From assembly GCA_951406725.2 (NCBI GenBank), contig OX597814.1, positions 78,554,001-78,618,000 on the forward strand: a DNA stretch of 64,000 bases, read 5' to 3'. A program made the position numbers and the translations under genes. This document shows positions 54,241 through 64,000 of this stretch, one piece after another (position 1 is the first letter of the stretch; the number at the start of each line of letters is the position of its first letter). The stretch is from Octopus vulgaris. Lineage: Eukaryota. The notes beneath the pieces are model-generated. The model ran no database searches and had not been told where the DNA came from. It saw only the letters and a program-made list of their open reading frames with translations.

Positions 54241-54570
54241 TTTTGTCAAGGCCAGTTATCTGATTTTTGTCATGGCCAGTTATATCAATTTATCAAAGTT
54301 AGTTATCTCACTCAGTGAAGATTGCTATCCCTATTTTTAAGATCAGTCATACCATTATTAGGAGGTCAGGTATGCCATTTTGTGAAAGGGTAAGTTTTCT
54401 ATTTTCGAAAGGACAACAATCTCACTTTGGGAAGGCTAGTTATCCCATTTTGTGAGTGATACTAATCACATTTTGTATAGATCACTAATCACATTTTGTT
54501 GAATTTTGAGAAGACAAGTAATCCATTTTGCACAGGTCTGCAATTCTATTTTATGAAGGTTCATTCTCTT
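54241..54570. repeat. Degenerate ~24-bp minisatellite (ttttgtNaaggccagttatcNNat)
   Basis: Recurrent attttgt...agttatc units with progressive divergence. Confidence 0.55.
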
Positions 54571-56337
54571 GTTCTGAAATGACTAATTATCAAATTTTGT
54601 TACGGTTTTACCAATTTGTCAAGACAGTTTGCAGTGTTGAGTAAATGAGTTTCTTTGGTCATTCTGAGAAGTGGTAGGTTGTGTTACTGTGTAAATTTTG
54701 GAACTTAATTAAGTGACAGTCAAGTGCTTTTTTTTTTATTATCTATTTATTGTCTTGGCTGTGTGTTAAGAAGTCTGCTTCTTAACCACATGGTTTTGGG
54801 TTCAGTCCTACTGCAGAACACTTTGGGCAAGTATCTTCTAGTATAGACCTGGCCTGATTAAAGCTAGTAGTAGAAATGGTTATGTGTGTGTGTGTGTGTG
54901 TGTGTGAAAGTGTTTGTTCTCACTCCACTGTTTGACAACCAGTGTTGGTTTGCTTGTGTCCTTGTAATTTAGCAGTACAGCAAAATAGACTGATAGAGTA
55001 AGTATCAGACTTTAAAAGTAAGTATTGGGGCTGATTTGCTCATCTAAAACAACTCCAAGGCAGTGCTCCAGCATGGTTGCAGTCCATTGACCAAAAATAA
55101 GTAAAAGATAAAAGATCAGAGACACACAGAAACATCAGTGATAGGATATTAATAGAACCTTTTAGCTGGCAAAGCAGTAGCAACACTGTCATCATCATCA
55201 CCATCATCATGATCACTGCCATCATCATCATCATTGCCATCATCATAATCACTGCCGTCATCAACACTATCATCATCATCATAATCATTATTATCATCAC
55301 CACCCCCACCAAAATAATTCCACATCCCTTCATTCAAACATGGGTCGGACGGGCCTTCTGAGATAGTGTTTCTTGGATGGGTGTCCCTGTGGTTGCCAAA
55401 CCTTTTGGTCACCTCATATGATATGCAGGTCCATGGTATACCTATTCTACATATATCCTGAATATCAAAAGTTAACAGGTATTTCGGAAATACCTCACAG
55501 AGTGATGACCATGTCATGCATAGCTACGGCTTGCTCTTTGACAAGGTATTGCACCTGTTTAGCCATCCTGCCAGGGATATGGTGAAGTCATGGGGCTGCA
55601 GCATTGCAGATTGTGAAGAAGTAGAAGAATAGCTCAACAGTGCTTCTTATACTGATGCTGAGAAGAGGAATCCTTAGAAGATCAATGGTCAGGATCACCA
55701 AACTCTGTCAAGAGAGTAACAGCAATGCATCCACGGGGGTTGGTGCCCATGGCTGTATAATCAGTCAATGGCAGATTCACTATGACTCAAACTCCCAATT
55801 CAAATTCATAATAATGGAATTGGATGGTGACAGAGAGTCATGGAAAGCCACAAAAGCAGCAACAAGAAAAATTTATGAATTAACAAATAATCAAAAAAAA
55901 AGCTAATATCTAATAACTTCATGTTAACAAAGTGTATAAGAACATTTTCTGGATTGTTGAAATATCTTAAAAGTATGAACAAGAAGTAAGATTTCTTTTG
56001 ATTTTAACTTCATTCTTTTGAGATTATAAACTCATTGTTATTTGTTTTCTTATTTACCAATACAAAATATAAAAAAAGAAATAGTATAACATAGAAACAA
56101 TATAGATTGTGAAAGGTTAAAAAGTGTACAAAAATGCTTTTAACCCCACCTCTTCATGCAATACACCTTCACAAAGAAAAAAAAATCTTCTAGAATCGTT
56201 TGAAATAGTTTTCTGAAGTGCAAACAATTAGTTAGAAGTTGGGTAAAAAAGAAAAGAAAAACAGCAGAGAAAGAAACATGTATATATATATAAGACATTC
56301 AGGAATTGCTTTATTTGAACTTACTGATCAAATAATA

Positions 56338-56376
<39 letters not shown>

Positions 56377-56611
56377 GGCACATTCACATGAATACATGTA
56401 GATGCAAGATGTTGCCTAAATTACAACAAAAAACTTGTCACTTTGATAGTGACTGGCTTCAGATGTGCGTGTGTTTGTGTATTGTGCATGTGTGTATAAA
56501 TATATATATGTATATATATGTAACTGGTTTCAGATATATAATATACATGTAAATGGCTCCAGACACACACACATATACATAGACCCCACCTCGCCACACA
56601 CACACATATAT

Positions 56612-56717
<106 letters not shown>

Positions 56718-57317
56718 TATAGACTATTTTTTTTCTTTTACATGATTCAGTACAAAACTGTGGCCATGCTGGGGCACCACTTTGAATGGATTAGCCAAAC
56801 AAATCAACCCCAGTACTTATTTTTATTTCTTTTAAGCCTGGTACTTATTCTATTGGTCTCTTTCTGCTGAACCACTATGTTATGGTAACATAAACAAACC
56901 AACACCTGTTGTCAAGCAATGATGAGGAACAAATACAAAAAACCAAGACACACACACGTATATGAGAGGCTTATTTCAGTTTCCATCTATCAAATCCACT
57001 CACAAGACTTTGGTCAGCCTGGGACTACACCTGCCAGAGGTGCCATGCATTGGAACTGAACCCAAGATCATACAATTGGGAAGCAAATTTCTTACCACAA
57101 AATCTATGTCTCTGTGGTTTTATAAATATCTTTTATTCTCTTCTTGTTTCATTCATTAGACTGTGGCCATGCTGGGGTACCACTTTTACAAATTTTAGTT
57201 GACCTCAGTACTTATTATATTGATATCATTTGCCAAACTGCTAAGTTATGGGGATGTAAACATATGAGCACCAGTTGTGAAGCAGTGGTGGGACACACAC
57301 ACACACACACACACATG

Positions 57318-57365
<48 letters not shown>

Positions 57366-57671
57366 TTGCCAGATCAGATTGAGCCTGGTGCAGCTTTCTG
57401 GCTCAACAGTCCTCAGTCAAACTGTCCAACCCATGCCAGCATGGAAAGCGGACATTAAACGTTGATATACATGACAGGTTTCTTTTAGTTGTTGTCTATC
57501 AAATCCACTAACAAGGTTTTGGTTGGCCTGAGGCTAGAGTAGAAGACACTTGACCAAGTTGCCACACAGTGGGGCTGAACCTGGGACCATATGGTTGGGA
57601 AGCAAGCTTCTTACCACACAACCACACCTGTGCCTACATACATACATACATACATACATGCATATATATAT

Positions 57672-57710
57672 GACAAGTTGTGGTGCACCTGAGCACTGTA
57701 TACAATAATT

Positions 57711-57760
<50 letters not shown>
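57672..57760 (+). mobile_element. Isolated CR1-type 3' end with (TTA)n tail
   Basis: agttgtggtgcacctgagcactgtatacaa plus (TTA)n matches the 3' terminus of the LINE at about 9467-9520. Confidence 0.75.
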
Positions 57761-57761
<1 letters not shown>

Positions 57762-60574
57762 CTGTACACATGCACATACATACATGTATTATATTATGTG
57801 CATGTATTAGGAATATCAATGATATATTTATAAAGAAGAAAATATGTTACATATGCAATCAGGCAGTTTATGTGTAATGTTCATGCATGTATATACAAAT
57901 ACACTAGGCTACAATGTTATATAATTGGTAATGGTGTCACTCAGAAACGTACTTCAAACTGAAAGATATCTTTTTTATTCTATATTTGTGATATGATACT
58001 TAAAATTGCATCAAGTGATCAATCTAAGCTTACCAATTGCACAACATAACTACATCTGTAGCATGCCAGAGACTTTTCTTCTTACTAGTGTATTTAGGTT
58101 ATTGGTGCCATTATTGCTGCAGCTATTTAATCTTACTGTTGTTATTCCTTATCATATTTTATATTTGTATAAGATGACATTAATTACTACTGATGTTCAG
58201 CCACCAGCCAAGTGCCCTCCTTGTGTCCAGGGGTCAGCTTGCCAAAACTCTCCACTTCCTTCTATGTTGTGCTGCATAAATACAGAAAGGCAGTCTGTTC
58301 TTTGATGTCATCAATCCACAAATGATTTTGATGGCTTCTTGACAGTGACCCACCTAGTACGTGACTGGTTCTTATTTTAAAAGATTTGAAAGCAAAGAAG
58401 TCTCTGACAGAATTTGAATACAAACAATAAAGAGATCTAACTGGATAACAAACTGGATTTGGGCTGATGCTCCACTAATTCTGCCAATCAACTGCTCAAA
58501 TAACTAATTAATTAGCAGCAGTAATAAAGATCTCAAACATAGGCACAATACTTCAAATTTATGAGTGGGAACAATTAATTGAATAAACTCCGATATATAA
58601 TTAGTAATTATTTTATGAACCCCAGACAGATGAAAGGCCAAGGTGACCTCAGCTGGATTTGAACTCAGAATGTTTAAGGATGTAAAAATCATATACTGAA
58701 AGGGATTTTTGTCTGACACTCAAAAGATTCTGCCATCAATTCAGTATTCTAATGATAATAGGAATTTGCAAAATAGGCAGAGGGCTACAAATTTGTGGGG
58801 TGAAAAAAATTATTAGCTTTACACCAGTATGTAATTAGTATGTTTTTATCAGCCCTTGGAGAATGAAAGACGAAGTGTGAATAAATAAATAAAAGCATTG
58901 TACTGAAAGAAAACACTCTGCCATATCCCTATACCCAAGAGTAAAATAATGATTTCAAATATTGGCACAAGGTCAGCAATTTCAGGGGAGGGGATAAACC
59001 AATTACATTGATCCCAGTGTTCAACCGGTACTTATTCTAACAACCCTGAAAGGATGAAAGGCAAAGTCAACCTTGGTAGAATTTGAATTCAGAATGTAAA
59101 GAGAGACGAAATGCTGCTAAGCATTTTGCTTGGCAGGCTAATGATTCTAGTGGAGGTACAAGGCCAGCAATTTTGGGGGGAGGGGAGAACCAATTACATT
59201 GATCCCAATGTTCAGTTAATACTTATTCTATCAACCCCAAAGAATGAAAGGCAAAGTCCACCTTGGTGGAATTTGAACTCAAAATGTAAAATGGATGGAA
59301 TGCTGCTAAGCATTTTGCCTAGCATACTAAAGATTCTGTGAGCTTGATGCCTTATCTCAGAGTAAAATATTGATTTCTAATTGGAGGCACAAAGCCTCAA
59401 ATTTGAAGGATAGGTATTGTTGATTAGATTGATTCAAGTACTTGACAGCTACTTTATTTTATTGAGAATGGAAGGATAAATGTCACAGTTGACATCAGTG
59501 GCATTTGAACTCAGATGGAAGGATGTAGGTAACTAAATACCCCAAGGGAATTTTGTCTGCATCTTTATTGATTGTACCAACCCAACAGTCTTATAATGAT
59601 TTCTAACAGAAGCACAAGCTACACATCTTGGTGGGAGGGAACAGTCACTTACATCAACTACACTTTATTTTATCAACTTTGAAAGGATGAAAGGCAAAGT
59701 CAAGCTCTGTGGTGTTTAAGTGTTTCTAAAATGATGATCCTTTCATGTATTAAGAAGACATTGAAGTGAATTAAATCAGGATCTGTAGGTGAAAAATAAA
59801 AATAGAATAAAAGTAGTAGGAATTTATTGGAAGTAAATTAATTTATCCTTGTAGTCTTTTCATGTATTTCTGTGCATGAACCACACGCCCAGAGTAAAAG
59901 AAACTATTGTTACCAAGATAGAAAAGGAAAAGAAGTCAATTTTGTGTATGTGTGTGCGTGCATGCATGCACATGTGTGTGCATGCATATACATCCATACA
60001 CACAAAATATATATATGTGTGTATATTTATCTGCCTATCTATCTGATAAGTGTGTGAGACTAAACGAAAATATTGTGACCTAAACAGAAATGAAAGAACA
60101 ATTTCATGTATGTATGTTTGCATGCATGCATCTATATGTACATATATATATATGATGAGTGTATATTATGTGGGTATACATGTACACAGATATATATGTA
60201 AATATACATATGCGTGTGTGATGAATATATATGTGTGTGTATACACATATATCCAATATGTGCATGACAGTGTGCATGCATTTGTGTTCGTACTGGGAAT
60301 AATGGTGAGTTTGTAAACAGAAAATTTATTGTAGCTTCACTCAAACATCACCCTACTCAATCTCTCTGTCTTTTCTCTCGCTCTCTCTCTCTCTTTCATG
60401 CATGCACACACACACACATATACACTGATCTATAGAGAAATGTTTGCCAACTTCAGCTAACTAATTTTAGAAATAAGAATATTTGCTAATACCTCCAGAA
60501 AATTCTGGTTCAAAGGTGTAGGAAATTAGAGCTTACTTTTTTCCTTTCAGTTTTGGTTAATATATTTGTTGCTG

Positions 60575-60626
<52 letters not shown>

Positions 60627-60818
60627 AGACAAGTATATTTATTTATTTACATATTTACTTATGAAATTGTTTTTCATTTTTTTCTTCTGTCTAATGTATC
60701 TTTAATTCTTCTATGTGGTATGTGAAGAACACACAAAGAAACAAAAAGAAGCAGAAATGTTCAGGAGATGTAGTTTAAAAGAAAAAAAAGAGTTGTCCCT
60801 CCCAATGTGTGTGTGTAT

Positions 60819-60960
<142 letters not shown>

Positions 60961-63649
60961 TGCAGAAGTGAAAACAAGGGAAGGTGAGGGGGAAATATTA
61001 TGGACAGATCAAAGAAATCCATTCTTTGAAATAATGCTAAGTAACTTAGGGACGTTTTCCACAGAATATTCAGCATGGATAATGTGAAGAAAAAGAAACA
61101 ACTGAGAAAAAAAAATATATATACTCTTGGCAAGTGTATGATCAGGACCTCTTGACTTCTTTCTCTTTTCTTCCATCTGTCTCCTCTACCTGTCTGACAA
61201 AACCATACATACCACCATGCATACACATACACAACCATGTGCACACATACACAAATACAAGCACATACACACTAACACATGCACACACTCATCCATAACT
61301 ACACACAGACACATATATACATAATTACGCACACATATTCTAACATTTTCAGACATGCATATGCATACACAAACTCATACACAAACACACACACACATGC
61401 TAACATGTGCAAACATATGCATATGCATGCACAAACTCATCCATAACTACTCACACACAGACACATACACATGCATACACTCCTATATTGATATAGATGT
61501 AGCCAGCTCAATCTATATTCTTGTAATTTACATTTGCATTCGGGGAAAGACTAAGGAGATTAATTCATCTTCTTATTTATATATTTTTTTCTGTTGAGAA
61601 ATCACAGAGGGAAAAACATAGCCTCATTAAGATCCAAGAGAAAGATGAAGAACAGGTGAGATGCTGAACTATTTCAAGTTCCTAGCTGTGAAAATATCAG
61701 GCATCCTTTCACTGTTCTCATAAGTCTAAAACGCTAGCTTTTACTACTTTTAGTATTTTCACTACAATGTTGAGTCTATTGTTAGTAGCTGAATCCTTGT
61801 CCATACCTTAGTGGCATATCATTTGATGTTACTGATGTGAGAAAAGCTAGATGTGAATAGACCTGTATCTTCTCCAACAGGAATATTTATTTTTCATCAT
61901 TGAACTTCTCCAAACTAATAACTAACTAAACTTATTTTTCAACCTCCTTCTATTTGTTATAATCCTCCAGGCCTTCACTTCTGGTGGTCTGTTTATGGGA
62001 ACTTATGATCGAGATACTTGATGATCAAGTTCTTACAGATGAAAATGTTAAGGGTTTAAAAAAGAATTTCTGACAGGGAAGCAAAACTTAGAATTGTGAT
62101 ACTTCAAAATCTTCATCATTATCATCATCCTCATCACTAATGTATGTTTTCCATGCTAGCAAGGGTTGGACAGTTTGACAGGAGCTGGTAAGCTGAAGAG
62201 CTGCTGATGCCTTTCCTAATGCCAACCACTTTACAGAGTGCACAGGGTGCTTTGTGGCACCAACACAGGTGCATTTTACATGGCACTGGCATGTGTACTT
62301 TTTATGTGGCACTAGCATCCACAAGCCTGGATGTAGGGGACGTGCCTATAGGAAAAAAGACAGAGCCCTGCTTAGCACCAGGAAAATCACCATGATCAGT
62401 ATGCAGAAAAGGAGTAAAGGGGATCTTCGTATGCTGAACTCAGTGTAAACTGTAGATGTGCAACATATGCAGTTGGATCAAAGGCAGGTTGGCAGAAAAG
62501 ATAAGCTTTATATATGGATGAGGACAGCTGCATAAAGAAGTGATGATCTCTAATTATGGAAGGAAGCTGTGGAAGAGGTAAACCCAGGAAGATGTGATAT
62601 GAGGTGGTGAAATGTGACCTTCAAGTGTTGAATCTCATGGTGTTGATGACAAATGACTGAGACTTTTGGCGATTTGCTGTGCTTGAGAAGACTCGTCAAG
62701 CCAAGTGAGATCGTAGTCATGGCCAGTGCTAGTGACATGTGAAAGGGACCCATGCTAGTGACATGTAAAAGGCATCTATACCAGTGTCTGTCTCCCATCA
62801 TTACTTGACAACTGGTGTTGGTGTGTTTATGTCTCCTTAACTTAGTGGCTTGGCAAAAGAGAGCAACAGAATAAGTACCAGGCTTTAAAATGTAAGTACT
62901 GTCGTTGATTCATTTGACTAAAATTTCTTCAAGCCGATGCCCCAGCATGGTTGCAGTCTAACACATAAACATATTCCCAATTTAAACAGTTTCTCATTTT
63001 ATTACCTTTCATAGTTTAGTTTCTGTATGATTTTGTCATTGCACTTCTTATATCATTCTCTTATCTCACCATCTCCTCATCTCTCACTCTCTCTCATGTA
63101 CACAAACATGCTTTCTATTCCCCTCACACATTACCGCTTACCCTCATTTAATATAAACACATTCTCTATCATTCAAATAGTAATGCTCTCTTACTTTCCC
63201 TCCAGTCATACACACACCTACACTCACACATACACACTTTCTCCTGTGTTATCTCTCTCTCTCTCTTCTCTCTGTGTCACTAAAAAATTACTCCCCAAAG
63301 AAATGATTTAGATTATGAATGACTTCCAACTGTGATAGAAAATAAAATATGTAACATTTTGCAAGAAATCTGGTTGACTGCACAAGCTGTAGAGCTAACC
63401 AAGTGATATTAGAATGTGCCACAGCCATTGTAACCACCATCAACAACATAAGCCATTGAAGTCGGCCCTATACTGACATAAAACATGTTAGAAATAGCAG
63501 CCAAATACCTTCAAATCACACTCTACTATGATAAAAATAGGGAAGGACACATAGGACAATGTAGTTTCCAGATATATAAAAAGACACTGATCATAAGTGG
63601 AGTACCTTTTATCATAGGCCTGCTCACAATCTAGGTTTTTACATTACAT

Positions 63650-64000
63650 ATCCCTTAGTCTGGCTGACTGTTGGGATACCACTGATGACTTTGCAACCAA
63701 ATCCTTCCACCCATCTCTGTCTTCTGGCTCCTGCACAGTGTCTCTCATTTTTAGGCCTGTCTACTCACAGATGTTGTTTTCCCACCTCTTTCTCTGTCTG
63801 CCTCTGCATCTGTCACCTTTGACTGTTCCCTGAAGGATTGTTTTAACCATCCCTGATGAGCAGATGACATGCCCAAACCACTTGAACTTGTGTTTCTTTA
63901 CTTTGGTAAAAAGTTCCACATAGGGCCCTATTGCCTGCCTTATTCTTCTTTTCATTTCCTCATTTGGGGCATGATCTCTGTATGATATTCCCCAAATTCT
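63650..64000 (-). mobile_element. RTE-clade LINE 3' fragment
   Basis: VKKHKFKWFGHV..SSG..KTILQGTVKG.R.RGRQRKRW.NNI is a typical RTE C-terminus. A related decayed plus-strand piece lies at about 41330-41645. Confidence 0.75.

Noticed and set aside
55149-55517. 122-aa ORF with an Asp-rich tail
   Set aside because: The tail is a (GAT)n repeat. The region looks like a decayed retroelement end with no supportable protein identity.
58034-58085. GTAAGC donor-like site on the minus strand as a candidate TMEM135 exon
   Set aside because: The translations do not resemble TMEM135 and the acceptor lacks a polypyrimidine tract.

Overview
AT-rich, microsatellite-dense eukaryotic genomic DNA. The SINE types, (TA)n/(CA)n density and Penelope content suggest an octopus or other coleoid cephalopod (inference). 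The window holds the last seven coding exons of a minus-strand TMEM135 orthologue. All junctions are GT-AG and phase-consistent, and the stop is at 6144-6146. No upstream exons were recognised in 43.5-64 kb. The introns are full of mobile DNA: a 5'-truncated CR1-clade LINE with an uninterrupted RT frame, decayed Penelope (RT+GIY-YIG), R4/Dong-like and RTE LINE fragments, a deleted mariner, non-autonomous Helitrons, piggyBac/mariner MITEs and several tRNA-derived SINE families. The most notable signal is a set of otherwise unrelated foldback repeats and Penelope flanks that each carry a minimal type I hammerhead ribozyme motif with a palindromic stem III. Together they show all three Watson-Crick versions of the core 3-8 pair (C3G8, U3A8, G3C8). 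The best example is a very young 362-bp tandem-plus-inverted, retrozyme-like unit about 300 nt from a TMEM135 exon. Most ORF-track entries are microsatellite artefacts.
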